Assembly: GCA_020848275.1 (NCBI GenBank)
Contig: JADLAK010000012.1
Location: 37,301-101,300, forward strand
Length of the DNA: 64,000 bases
Direction: 5' to 3'
Source of the DNA: Planctomycetota bacterium
GTDB lineage: Bacteria > Planctomycetota > UBA8742 > UBA2392
The notes beneath the pieces are model-generated. The model saw nothing but the letters and a program-made list of their open reading frames with translations. It searched no databases and was not told the origin of the DNA. This document shows positions 1 through 9,173 of the stretch, one piece after another (the first letter of the stretch is position 1; the number at the start of each line of letters is the position of its first letter). Both the position numbers and the translations under genes were made by a program.

Positions 1-1050
1 CGCGAGATCCAGGGCAAGGAGCCGTTGATCCAGGTGGAAGTGACGCCGGAGGTGATCGCGCGCGTGATCTCGGACTGGACCGGCGTGCCGATCGGCAAGA
101 TGGTGCAGGACGAAGCCAGCGCGCTGCTCAGCTTCGAAAGCACCATCGGCAAGCGCATCAAGGGGCAAGACCACGCCCTGCAAATCGTGGGCAAGGGCGT
201 TCGTGCCGCAAAGTCAGGTTTAAAAAATCCGCGTACCCCGATGGATGTCTTTCTTTTCGTGGGTCCCTCCGGCGTCGGCAAGACCGAAACCGCGCTGGGT
301 GTCGCCGACCTGCTGTTTGGCGGCGAGCGCTACATGACGACCATCAACATGTCGGAATTCCAGGAGAAGCACACCGTTAGCCGCCTGATCGGCTCGCCCC
401 CGGGCTACGTCGGTTACGGCGAGGGCGGCATGCTGACAGAGGCCGTGCGCCAGCGGCCGTATTCGGTGGTTTTGCTGGACGAGGTTGAAAAGGCCGACCC
501 GGAAGTGCTCAACCTGTTCTATCAGGTCTTTGACAAGGGCACGCTCAACGACGGCGAAGGCCGCGAAGTGGATTTCAAAGACACCGTGATCTTCCTGACC
601 AGCAACCTTGCGACGGATCTAATCACGCAGGCGGGCAGCGGCGGGCAAAAGCCCGCGCTCGACGATTTAATCGGCCTGATTCGTCCCGCGCTCAGCAAGC
701 ACTTCAAGCCGGCGCTGCTGGCGCGCATGACGATTGTGCCGTTCTATCCCATCGACCAGGACGCAATGAAGGACATCACGCGCCTCAAGCTGGGCCTGCT
801 GCAGAACCGCCTGAAGGAAAGCCACAAGATGACGCTCTCCTTCGACGACAAGGTCGTCGAGGCGATTGCGGCTCGCTGCACGGAGGTCGAGACCGGCGCG
901 CGCAACGTCGACCACATCCTTGCGGGCACACTGCTGCCGAAGATTTCAACCGAGCTGCTTGAACAGATGAGCAAAGGCCCGCTGCCGGAGAAACTCACGG
1001 TTGGGCTCGATGGCTCGGGGGACTTCAGCTTCACGTTCGGCAAAAAGTAA
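1..1050 (+). CDS. clpV: ClpB-family AAA+ ATPase, C-terminal part (second AAA+ domain plus C-terminal domain), truncated at the window start. Most likely T6SS ClpV/TssH given the vgrG gene that follows.
   Basis: The reading frame is open from base 1. Walker A GPSGVGKTE is present, as is the ClpB D2 signature (sensor and arginine-finger region) VVLLDEVEKADPEVLNLFYQVFDKGTLNDGEGREVDFKDTVIFLTSNL. The stop is at 1048-1050. Confidence 0.8.
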   Translation, partial: REIQGKEPLIQVEVTPEVIARVISDWTGVPIGKMVQDEASALLSFESTIGKRIKGQDHALQIVGKGVRAAKSGLKNPRTPMDVFLFVGPSGVGKTETALGVADLLFGGERYMTTINMSEFQEKHTVSRLIGSPPGYVGYGEGGMLTEAVRQRPYSVVLLDEVEKADPEVLNLFYQVFDKGTLNDGEGREVDFKDTVIFLTSNLATDLITQAGSGGQKPALDDLIGLIRPALSKHFKPALLARMTIVPFYPIDQDAMKDITRLKLGLLQNRLKESHKMTLSFDDKVVEAIAARCTEVETGARNVDHILAGTLLPKISTELLEQMSKGPLPEKLTVGLDGSGDFSFTFGKK

Positions 1051-1251
1051 CTTCTGTAAAGCGTTGTCCACGGAAGACACGGAGAAAAGCAACTGCGCCT
1101 CACGCAAAGGCGCTAAGACGCAAAGCGACTTATTTTTCCTGGCGCCTTTGCGCCTTGGCGTGAGATAGCTTTTGCCGTTTTCCGTGCCTTCCGTGTTCTC
1201 CGTAGAAAAAGCTGTGGTTTTGCTTGGGCCGTTTGTCGAGGGAGCGCAACT

Positions 1252-3750
1252 ATGGCTGAAAGTGCGATCAACAAACGCGTGATGTCCTTCAGCTCCGGCG
1301 CAGTTGCCGATGACTCGCTGCTGCTTACCAAGCTGGCGGGCTCTGAGGAACTTTCGCGGCTCTACAGCTACGAGCTTGAGCTGATCTCCGACAAAGTCGA
1401 CCTCGACTTCGACAAACTGCTCAAGGAACCCGCAAAGGTCGGCATCAAGCAGGGCGTCAAGCTCGCGGGCGAAAACCGCCGCGGCGCGCAGACACTCAAG
1501 ATCCACGGCATGCTCTCGAAATTCGAACAGATCGAACGCCGGCTCGACCTCGTGCGCTACAAGGCCACCCTGGTGCCGCGGTTGTGGAAACTCGGCCTGA
1601 CTTACGAAAGCCGCGTCTTCCAGGACAAGACGGTCAAGGAAATCATCGCCGACGTGATGAAAGAGGCGGGTTTCACCACCGACGATTACGAAATCAAGGC
1701 CGGCAACGGCTACGCCAAGCGCGAGTTTGTCGTCCAGTACGAGGAAACCGACCTCGATTTCCTTTACCGCTGGCTCGAGCACGAGGGCATTTTCTTCTTC
1801 TTCGACAACAGCGGCGAGAAGGACAAGATCATCTTCGGCGACGCCGTCGGCCACTACCCGCGCATCCAGGGCAACTCGAATATTCCCTATCGCCCGACGG
1901 CCGACAACAACGCCCGGAGCGAGGGCGCGGAGTCCGAAAGCGCGTCGACGGACTGGTTCAAGGAAGAAGTCATCAACTTGTTTTCCTGCCGCCAGAGCGT
2001 GATTCCCAGGGAGGTCGTGCTGAAGGATTACAACTACCGCAAGCCGTCGGAAACGCTGCGCGTGGTCACGCAGGTAAGCCAGAACGGCGTCGGCCGCGTC
2101 TACGAATACAACAACCACTACAAGACCGAAGACGAGGGCAAGGCGCTTGGCAACATCCGCGCCCAGGAAATCGTGTGTCGCGAGAAAATCTTCAGCGGCG
2201 CTTCCGACTGCCGGGCGTTTCGCGGCGGCGCGACCTTTGAACTGCAGGAGCACTACCGCAACGATTACAACCGCGAGTACCTGATTACCCACGTCTCGCA
2301 TAACGCCGAACAGTCGATCCAGTTCAGCAGCGGCAACACCCTGGGCGCCTCCTACAACAATGCGTTTGTCTGCATCCCCTCGGACAGGCTCTTCCGGCCC
2401 GAGCGCACCACCAAATGGCCCGCCATCCACGGCATCATCAACGCGACCGTCGACGCCGCAGGCAGCGGCGACTACGCCGAAATCGACGACCAGGGCCGCT
2501 ACAAGGTCAAGTTGCCCTTTGACCTCTCGGACAAGAAGGATGGCAAGGCCTCGCGCTATCTTCGCATGGCCCAGCCGTATTCGGGTGAGGGTATGGGCAT
2601 GCACTTCCCGCTGCACAAGGGCACGGAAGTCCTCGTCACCTGCGTGGACGGCGACCCCGACCGCATGGTGATTTCGGCGTCGATCCCCAACCCGGAGACC
2701 GAAAGCCCTGTTACATCAGACAACCAGACGCAGAGCCAGATCCAGACCGGCGGCGGCAATGTGATCACGATGGAGGACCAGGACGGCAGCCAGCACGTGA
2801 CCATCGAGTCGCCTACACAGGGCACGGTGATTCGCATCGGCTCCAATTCCGGCGAAGAAGGGGAGGGCAGCGCCGGCGAGGGAGTGCATATCGCGACCGA
2901 CGGCGACCACACGCAGGAAACCGGCGGCGACGAGAACAAGACCATCGAAGGCGACGAAACCACGATCATTGAGGGCGACAAGGAAGAAACCATCAAGGGC
3001 AACAAGGAGGAGTCCGTCGACGGCCACGTCAAGGAGTTCATCGACAAGGGCACCGAAGCCTACAACATGGGTAATTTCTCCGAGTACATCCTTGGCATGA
3101 ACTCTTCAACGGTGCTTGGCATGGAGGCCTCGACGGTTGCGCCGCTCAAGCGCGACGGCGTCTACGGCATTTCCATGGAGTCCGTCCTGGGCATGACGGT
3201 TGAGACTTTCAAAGGCCTCAAGCTGTCCCACGAAAAAGGCATCTCGTTTGAAGTCTCGGACGTCAAGAAGTACGAGTTCGAGGCCCACCACGGCAAGAAA
3301 GTGCCCGGCATCTTCGCAACGATCGCCGGCATCGGCAAATACATCTACAACCGCCACAAGCTGATGTCGCAGGCCAGCACGCAGATTGCCGCCGCTGCGG
3401 CGCTGCAAGTTGAGGCCGGCAACATGGAAATGTCGGCGCTTCGGGCCGAGGCCATTTTTGGTTCGGACCACACGGACTGCACCGAGATGCGCCAGCGCGC
3501 CCAGCAACTCACGCAGGAAGCGACACTGTGGGAAGCCAAAGCGGCGGCGACCAAGATTTCGGCCCTCAACATCGACATTGGCGCAGGCGCCTTCACTATC
3601 GTCGGCGGCGGCGCTCCGCCGGTGGTGCCGCCCGCGGTGCCCAAGGTTGCCGCGGCTTCTGTCGCTGCCGAAAGCGCGGCTGCTGTCGCCGAAAACGCTG
3701 CGGCGGAGGCTGCTGCCAACGTCGCAAGCGCCGCAGCACCCAGCCAGTAA
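1252..3750 (+). CDS. vgrG: T6SS spike protein VgrG (TssI), 832 aa. It has a gp5-like C-terminal beta-helix repeat region and a further Ala-rich C-terminal extension of about 250 aa.
   Basis: N-terminal gp27-like VgrG signature (SFSSGAVADDSLLLTKLAGSEELSRLYSYELELIS). The central part is typical of VgrG. Octapeptide-like repeats GDETTIIEGDKEETIKGNKEES are present. The RBS is GAGGGA and the gene sits directly downstream of clpV. Confidence 0.85.
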   Translation: MAESAINKRVMSFSSGAVADDSLLLTKLAGSEELSRLYSYELELISDKVDLDFDKLLKEPAKVGIKQGVKLAGENRRGAQTLKIHGMLSKFEQIERRLDLVRYKATLVPRLWKLGLTYESRVFQDKTVKEIIADVMKEAGFTTDDYEIKAGNGYAKREFVVQYEETDLDFLYRWLEHEGIFFFFDNSGEKDKIIFGDAVGHYPRIQGNSNIPYRPTADNNARSEGAESESASTDWFKEEVINLFSCRQSVIPREVVLKDYNYRKPSETLRVVTQVSQNGVGRVYEYNNHYKTEDEGKALGNIRAQEIVCREKIFSGASDCRAFRGGATFELQEHYRNDYNREYLITHVSHNAEQSIQFSSGNTLGASYNNAFVCIPSDRLFRPERTTKWPAIHGIINATVDAAGSGDYAEIDDQGRYKVKLPFDLSDKKDGKASRYLRMAQPYSGEGMGMHFPLHKGTEVLVTCVDGDPDRMVISASIPNPETESPVTSDNQTQSQIQTGGGNVITMEDQDGSQHVTIESPTQGTVIRIGSNSGEEGEGSAGEGVHIATDGDHTQETGGDENKTIEGDETTIIEGDKEETIKGNKEESVDGHVKEFIDKGTEAYNMGNFSEYILGMNSSTVLGMEASTVAPLKRDGVYGISMESVLGMTVETFKGLKLSHEKGISFEVSDVKKYEFEAHHGKKVPGIFATIAGIGKYIYNRHKLMSQASTQIAAAAALQVEAGNMEMSALRAEAIFGSDHTDCTEMRQRAQQLTQEATLWEAKAAATKISALNIDIGAGAFTIVGGGAPPVVPPAVPKVAAASVAAESAAAVAENAAAEAAANVASAAAPSQ

Positions 3751-3767
3751 CCAGACACTGGAGCAGA

Positions 3768-6170
3768 ATGCAGATTGTGCTCGACAATTGCTTGCGTGTC
3801 GGCTGGACGGTGGGCAAATGGGCGCCGCCGCAACTGGCAGCGGCGTTTTTCGTCAAGGGCACTTTCAACCTGCTTCACGGCAAGACGGCTACGCCCTCCG
3901 ACAAGCCCGAGATCGTGTGCGGCGACGTGGCCGCGACGCAGGCCGAGCAAAGCAGCCTGCGCTATGCGTCGGATTTCGCGCCCATGAAAGTGAGAGCCGA
4001 TGTGCTGGTGGCTGGCACGGCGTACACGCCCGAGGGCAAACCCGCCACAGCGGTGCGCGCGGGGTTCGGCCTCGGCCCCGCCGACAAAAAGAGCATCCTT
4101 GAAAAGCGCCTGACGATCACTGGCCCGCGCGTCTGGAACAAAGGCCTCCTCACCAGCAAACCCGGCGAGCCGCAACCTTTTTTGAGCCTGCCGCTGATTT
4201 ACGAAAACGCATTTGGCGGGGCGGGCGTACCGACCAACCCCGTGGGCAAGGGCGTGGGCGACCTGATGCCGCAAATTGAGCTTGAGGGCGCGCCGGTGTT
4301 GTCGCCGCGCGACAAACACGCGCCCGCGGGTTTTGCGCCGCTGCACCCGACGTGGCATCCGCGCAACCACAAGCTTGGCCATTATGATGGCGCGTGGCTG
4401 AAGGAACGCTGGCCGTGGCTACCCAAGGATTTCAACTGGGAACATTTTAATGCCGCGCCGCGCGATCAGCAGGTTGACGGCTATCTGCGCGGCGATGAGA
4501 CGATTTATTTCCAGAACATGCACAAGCAGCACGCGCATTACTCCAGCGCGCTGCCGGGGCTGCGCGTGCGCCTGTTCGTGCAGGACAGGCACAAGGACGC
4601 ATCGCGCTTTCGCGAGGTGCCGGTCAAACTCGACACGTTGTGGGCCGACATGGACGCCGAAAAGCTCGTGCTGGTCTGGCGCGGGCAGGCGGAAGTCCAA
4701 ACGCTGAAGGCCCGGGAACTCGAGTACGTCTTTGCAGTCGTCGAGCCCTTGGCCGAAACGCCAAAGCCGATGTCGTACTGGCAAGCCGAACTCGCCCGCC
4801 GCATGGCACAGCCGGCGCCGCCCGCGCCCGAGGTCAAGGAACGCGAGAAGGACCCGACGCCGACGGTCGGCGCGCTGATGCAGGAGATGGACCCCTTGAT
4901 GACCGAGATGCACAAGCAGGAAGCGGTGATGGATGCGCACCTCGCCAACAACATCAAACAGCTTCAGGCCCGCAACCTGCCGACGACGGGGATGTCGACC
5001 AAGCCGCCGTACGGCCCGCAATCGCTGGCCGAAGTCCCGGCGTTCCTCAAGCAGATGGAAACGCTGGCCAACGCCAACCAGGCGGCGCATCTGGCGCAGC
5101 TTGCATCCAGCGGCAAAGCCGCCGCGTTCAAGTTGCCCGCCGAGATGACGCAGCCCATCCGCATCGAGCTTCCGCCCGAGCTCGCCAAGGCCGCGCAGAT
5201 TCAGCAGCAGGCAGGCAGGGTTCCGGCCGCTGCACCGCCGCAGCCCGACGACAACATCTGGACGCGCGAACGCGTGCTGGCCCACGCCAAGGCGGGCAAA
5301 CCCTTTGCGCGCGTGCGGCTGGGCGCCGTCGATCTTTCGGGCGTTGATCTTTCCGGCGCGAATCTGGCCTTTGTGCGCCTGAACAACGTCAAGCTCGCGG
5401 GCGCCAACCTTAGCGGCGCTGATATGACGGGCGCGGAGTGCGGCGCCGGCAACTTCGCGGGCGCGAAGCTGGTGCGCTGCAACCTGCACGGCGCGACGTT
5501 CACCGGCGCGGTACTTGCAGGCGCGGACCTCAGCGAGGCGCGGCTGGACGACACCAACTTCGTGAAGGCCGACCTTGCCAAGGCGAAACTCGCGGGCGCG
5601 CGCGGCTACGGCACGTATCTCGCCGAGGCCAACCTGGCGGAGATCAATGGCGCGGGTGTGAACATCGAGGGCGGCAACTTCACGGGCGCGATGGCCGAGA
5701 AAGCAAACTTCAAGGGCTCGAGGCTGATCGGTTGCGGCTTCATGCAGGCCAACGCCAAGGGCGCGGATTTTTCCGGCAGCGACCTGGCCAACTTCCGCGG
5801 CCAGAGGGGCAACTTCGAAGAAACGAAGTTCGCGCGCTGCAAGCTCGGCAATTCGGCCTGGACCGAGGCGAACCTCAAGCGCGCCGATTTCACGCACGCC
5901 GACCTGCCCAATTCGCTGTTTGATTTCGTTGTGCTGGAGGGCGCGTTGCTGGGCGCTGCCGACGCGACAGCCAGCAACTTCGCCGATTCGAACCTGAAGG
6001 CCGCGAAATTCGCCGTCGCCAACGGCATGCGCTGCAGCTTTGACCGCAGCGATCTTTCGCTGGTCGATTTCCAGGGCGCGAACCTTTATTGCGCCGAATT
6101 CTGGGACGCCGTGACCGTCGGCGCGGATTTCCGCAACGCCAATGTCGCCCGGACAACACTCTCGAAATGA
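3768..6170 (+). CDS. DUF2169-like N-terminal domain fused to a long pentapeptide-repeat (A(D/N)LxG) C-terminal domain. Candidate T6SS adaptor/cargo.
   Basis: The ATG at 3768 lies 17 nt after the vgrG stop. Roughly the first 480 aa are non-repetitive. About residues 520-800 are continuous pentapeptide repeats (ANLAFVRLNNVKLAGANLSGADMTGAEC...). The known vgrG-DUF2169-PRP-DUF3540-DUF4150 context supports the call. Confidence 0.6.
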   Translation: MQIVLDNCLRVGWTVGKWAPPQLAAAFFVKGTFNLLHGKTATPSDKPEIVCGDVAATQAEQSSLRYASDFAPMKVRADVLVAGTAYTPEGKPATAVRAGFGLGPADKKSILEKRLTITGPRVWNKGLLTSKPGEPQPFLSLPLIYENAFGGAGVPTNPVGKGVGDLMPQIELEGAPVLSPRDKHAPAGFAPLHPTWHPRNHKLGHYDGAWLKERWPWLPKDFNWEHFNAAPRDQQVDGYLRGDETIYFQNMHKQHAHYSSALPGLRVRLFVQDRHKDASRFREVPVKLDTLWADMDAEKLVLVWRGQAEVQTLKARELEYVFAVVEPLAETPKPMSYWQAELARRMAQPAPPAPEVKEREKDPTPTVGALMQEMDPLMTEMHKQEAVMDAHLANNIKQLQARNLPTTGMSTKPPYGPQSLAEVPAFLKQMETLANANQAAHLAQLASSGKAAAFKLPAEMTQPIRIELPPELAKAAQIQQQAGRVPAAAPPQPDDNIWTRERVLAHAKAGKPFARVRLGAVDLSGVDLSGANLAFVRLNNVKLAGANLSGADMTGAECGAGNFAGAKLVRCNLHGATFTGAVLAGADLSEARLDDTNFVKADLAKAKLAGARGYGTYLAEANLAEINGAGVNIEGGNFTGAMAEKANFKGSRLIGCGFMQANAKGADFSGSDLANFRGQRGNFEETKFARCKLGNSAWTEANLKRADFTHADLPNSLFDFVVLEGALLGAADATASNFADSNLKAAKFAVANGMRCSFDRSDLSLVDFQGANLYCAEFWDAVTVGADFRNANVARTTLSK

Positions 6171-8215
6171 CCGCCCTCGACCCCAGATTCGCAGCAGCCG
6201 CCAAGGGCAAGCCCGGTGCGCCCATTGGCGGCGACGAATTCCTCGCCGCGCTGGCAAAGGGCGAAAGCGTCGAGGCGCGGCAGTTGATCGGCGTTTCAAT
6301 GCAGGGCGCGGACCTGCGCGGCCGCAACCTTAGCGGTTGCATGATCGACAACGTTGATTTCAGCGGCGCGAATCTTGCTGGCGCAAACCTCAGCGACTGC
6401 ATGCTGACGCTGTGCAAGCTCGGCAACGCCAATCTTTCGGGCGCAAATCTCAAGGACGTGTTGTGGGCGCAATGTGAATTCAACGGCGCGAATATCGAGG
6501 GCGCGACGCTCGACAAGTCGCTCTGGGCGGAATGCAAGGGAGTGAACCTGCGCGCGCGCGGCGCCAAGGGCCCGGCGCGCATGGCCCAGTGTGAATTTCC
6601 CGACGCGGATTTTACGGGCGCGAGTTTTGACGGCATGGTCGTGGTCAAAAGCACGTTTACCGGCGCAAAGTGCGGCGGCGCGAGTTTCATCGACGCATGG
6701 CTGCCGGATTGCGCCTGGGCCGGGTCAGATTTCACCGGCGCCGATTTGTCGAAGGCCAGCTTCGAGGGCGGCGACATGGCGGGCGCAAAGTTTGAGAACG
6801 CCAACCTGAACTGGACCGTGCTTTCCTACTGCAACCTGGAGAAAGCGTCGTTCCAGGGCGCGAAGTTCGTGCGCTCCCAGTTGGACAACTGCAAGCTCGC
6901 GGGCGCAACCGGCTGGCCAAAATTGATCGAGAACATCGATTTCGAGGACGCCGACCTCGCGGGCCAGGCATTCAAGGAAATCGAGTTCAACCGCTGCAAT
7001 TTCAGCGGCGGCAAACTCGGCAAGATCGACTTCAGCGGCGCGCGCGTGTTGTCCTCGAATTTCAACAAGGCCGACCTGAAACAGGCTAACTTTGAAGGCG
7101 CATCGCTCGAGACCTGCCGCTTCGGCGAGGCCGACCTGACCGGCGCAAACCTTAGAAAAGCCAAGCTGCCCGGCTCGCGCCTGCGCAGCGCGCAACTTGC
7201 GGAAGCCGTGTACACCGGCGCGTCCTTTTGGGGCGCCGACGTCAGCCTTGCGCACTTCAACCCCCGTTCGTTGATTGCGGGCGCGATCGACGGCGCGCGC
7301 TTTGAAGGCGCAAATTTCGATGGCGTCGATTTCTCCGGCCGCAATCTGACCAACACCGCGTTCATCAAGTGCTCGCTGGTCGGCGCAAAGTTCGCCAACG
7401 CGCAGCTCACCAGCGCCAATTTCTCCGGCAGTGACCTCTCGGGCGCGGATCTTTCGGGCACGCGCAACGAGGCCGCGGGTTTTGAGAAGAGCAAACTCGT
7501 CAACGCGGATTTCAGCGGAGCGGTCATGTCCAGCGCGTTCTTTGCCGAGGCGCAACTTCAGGGTGCGAAATTCCACGGCACGCGCATGGAACGCACGACG
7601 CTGAAGGATTCGACCTTTGCGCAGGCGAGTGTCGAAAGGGCCTCGCTGCGCCAGTGCAACCTGCAGGGGCTGAATTTTGCCAGGCGCAGTTTTGCGGGCT
7701 GCGACTTTTCCGGCTCGGATTTCAGCGGCAGTGAGATGTCGGGCGTCGACCTTTCCGGCTGCGCGCTCGAAAACGCTTCGTTCAACGCAACCATCCTAAA
7801 AGACGCGAAGTTCCGCGATGTCATCGGCAAGACAATCAAGTTCGCCGATGCACAGCTTGGCGGCGCAAGCTTCGAGAACGCGCAGATCAGCGGCTCGTTC
7901 TTTGCCGGCGCATATGCGCAGAAATGCAACTTCACCGGCGCTGACCTGCGCATGTGCATCTTCGAAAAGGCCGACCTGCGCAACAGCCGCCTCGCCAACG
8001 CGCGCCTCAATTACGCCGACCTCAGCTACGCGCACCTCGACCTCAGCGATTTTTCCGGAGCCGACGTGCAGGGCGCGAATCTGCACGGCGTCGGCGAGCA
8101 GGGCACGATCTGGCGCAACGCCAACACCAGGGGTGCGCGCCGCAGCGACGACGAACGCCTGAAAGCGGACGCTTTCAAGCCGCCAAGGCCCAAGGTTACG
8201 GGAGACAAGGTATGA
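6167..8215 (+). CDS. Pentapeptide repeat protein of about 682 aa. Nearly the whole length consists of A(D/N)LxG repeats.
   Basis: The start codon overlaps the upstream stop (ATGA at 6167-6170). There are more than 100 consecutive pentapeptide units (GADLRGRNLSGCMIDNVDFSGANLAGANLSD...). Confidence 0.8.
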   Translation: MTALDPRFAAAAKGKPGAPIGGDEFLAALAKGESVEARQLIGVSMQGADLRGRNLSGCMIDNVDFSGANLAGANLSDCMLTLCKLGNANLSGANLKDVLWAQCEFNGANIEGATLDKSLWAECKGVNLRARGAKGPARMAQCEFPDADFTGASFDGMVVVKSTFTGAKCGGASFIDAWLPDCAWAGSDFTGADLSKASFEGGDMAGAKFENANLNWTVLSYCNLEKASFQGAKFVRSQLDNCKLAGATGWPKLIENIDFEDADLAGQAFKEIEFNRCNFSGGKLGKIDFSGARVLSSNFNKADLKQANFEGASLETCRFGEADLTGANLRKAKLPGSRLRSAQLAEAVYTGASFWGADVSLAHFNPRSLIAGAIDGARFEGANFDGVDFSGRNLTNTAFIKCSLVGAKFANAQLTSANFSGSDLSGADLSGTRNEAAGFEKSKLVNADFSGAVMSSAFFAEAQLQGAKFHGTRMERTTLKDSTFAQASVERASLRQCNLQGLNFARRSFAGCDFSGSDFSGSEMSGVDLSGCALENASFNATILKDAKFRDVIGKTIKFADAQLGGASFENAQISGSFFAGAYAQKCNFTGADLRMCIFEKADLRNSRLANARLNYADLSYAHLDLSDFSGADVQGANLHGVGEQGTIWRNANTRGARRSDDERLKADAFKPPRPKVTGDKV

Positions 8216-8739
8216 GCGACAACATTGGCATCGAACTCGGCACGTTGCTTACGCAGGCCCGCGTACTCGACGTTGAAGGCCGCGCGCTGAAGCTCCAGGC
8301 CGGCGAGCGCATCATCGCCGCAAATCTGGCGCTGCCTTACCCGTACAAGCCGCAAGTGGGCGACACGGTACTGGTGATTGCGCAGGGTGAAAGCGCCTGG
8401 GTGATCGGCGTGATCGAGGGAACGGGCCTGACCGCGTTTTCCGCGCCCGCGAACCTTGAGCTGCGCGCAACCCGCGGCCGCATCGTGCTCAATGCGCGTG
8501 ATGAAATCGAAATCAAGGCGCGCGACGTCAACATCAACGCCGACAACGCGAGCACGTTTGCGAAAAACCTGACCCAACAGGTCGAGAACCTTGACACCAG
8601 TGTCGCGGGGCTGGCGCTATTGCGTGCACGCGAAGAACGCACCGAGATCGAGCAAAGCAGCATCCTGCGCGCGGAAAACATCAACCAGCGCGCGCGCAAA
8701 GAAGTGAAAATCGACGGCGAGATCATCAACCTCGGTTAG
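8212..8739 (+). CDS. DUF3540-like protein, 175 aa (T6SS VgrG-module accessory).
   Basis: ATGA overlap with the upstream PRP stop (8212-8215). Size and position match the DUF3540 member of DUF2169-PRP-DUF3540-DUF4150 modules. No other recognisable motifs. Confidence 0.45.
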   Translation: MSDNIGIELGTLLTQARVLDVEGRALKLQAGERIIAANLALPYPYKPQVGDTVLVIAQGESAWVIGVIEGTGLTAFSAPANLELRATRGRIVLNARDEIEIKARDVNINADNASTFAKNLTQQVENLDTSVAGLALLRAREERTEIEQSSILRAENINQRARKEVKIDGEIINLG

Positions 8740-8748
8740 GAGAACCTA

Positions 8749-9171
8749 ATGGCTGGATTTCCTGTAGCGGTGGGAGGGCCGGGCCAGGCGATGTCCACGG
8801 GCCCGACCGACGTCTGCAAAGTGCCGGCGCCGCCCGCGCCGCCGATCCCGACGCCGTTTCCCAACATCGTGATGCTTGCGATGGTGAACCCGACATCGTG
8901 CAGTCCCAAGGTCAAGATCGAATACCTGCCGGTGCTGGTGGTCGGCAGCGAAATACCGATGTCCAACGGCGACGAAGCCGGCGTCGCCGGCGGCGTCGTC
9001 TCGAGCAAGTTCATTGGCGCCTGCAAGCCCACGTTGGGCTCGATGAAAGTAATGATCGGCGGCAAACCTGTCGTCTACATGACGTGCCTGACCATGCACA
9101 ACGGCATGCCCGCCAACACCGTCGGCCAAGTCCTCGTCGCGGGACAGGTCCGCGTCATGGTCATGGGGTAA
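8749..9171 (+). CDS. PAAR-like (DUF4150-like) small spike-tip protein, 140 aa, with no C-terminal toxin domain.
   Basis: Strong RBS AGGAGA 7 nt upstream. The sequence is Gly/Val-rich and PAAR-like ([21 protein letters not shown]...[23 protein letters not shown]). It is the last gene of the vgrG module. Confidence 0.5.
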   Translation: MAGFPVAVGGPGQAMSTGPTDVCKVPAPPAPPIPTPFPNIVMLAMVNPTSCSPKVKIEYLPVLVVGSEIPMSNGDEAGVAGGVVSSKFIGACKPTLGSMKVMIGGKPVVYMTCLTMHNGMPANTVGQVLVAGQVRVMVMG

Positions 9172-9173
9172 AC

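Noticed and set aside
1096-1170. Possible sigma54 promoter (TGGCGC-N-TTGCG) upstream of vgrG
   Set aside because: The spacing between the GG and GC elements does not fit the -24/-12 consensus (TGGCAC-N5-TTGCA). It was treated as part of the inverted-repeat structure instead.
946-2616. 556-aa minus-strand ORF overlapping clpV 3' end and vgrG
   Set aside because: Antisense to two well-supported genes. Its Ala/Arg/Gly/Val-rich composition is typical of wrong-frame ORFs in high-GC DNA. No motifs.
4419-6299. 626-aa minus-strand ORF and several 200-350-aa ORFs (3345..4382 minus, 3386..4102 plus, 4640..5347 plus) across the DUF2169/PRP gene
   Set aside because: Arg/Ala/Pro-rich frame artefacts antisense or out-of-frame to the pentapeptide-repeat gene. 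The repeat-containing frame is the only one with coherent A(D/N)LxG periodicity.
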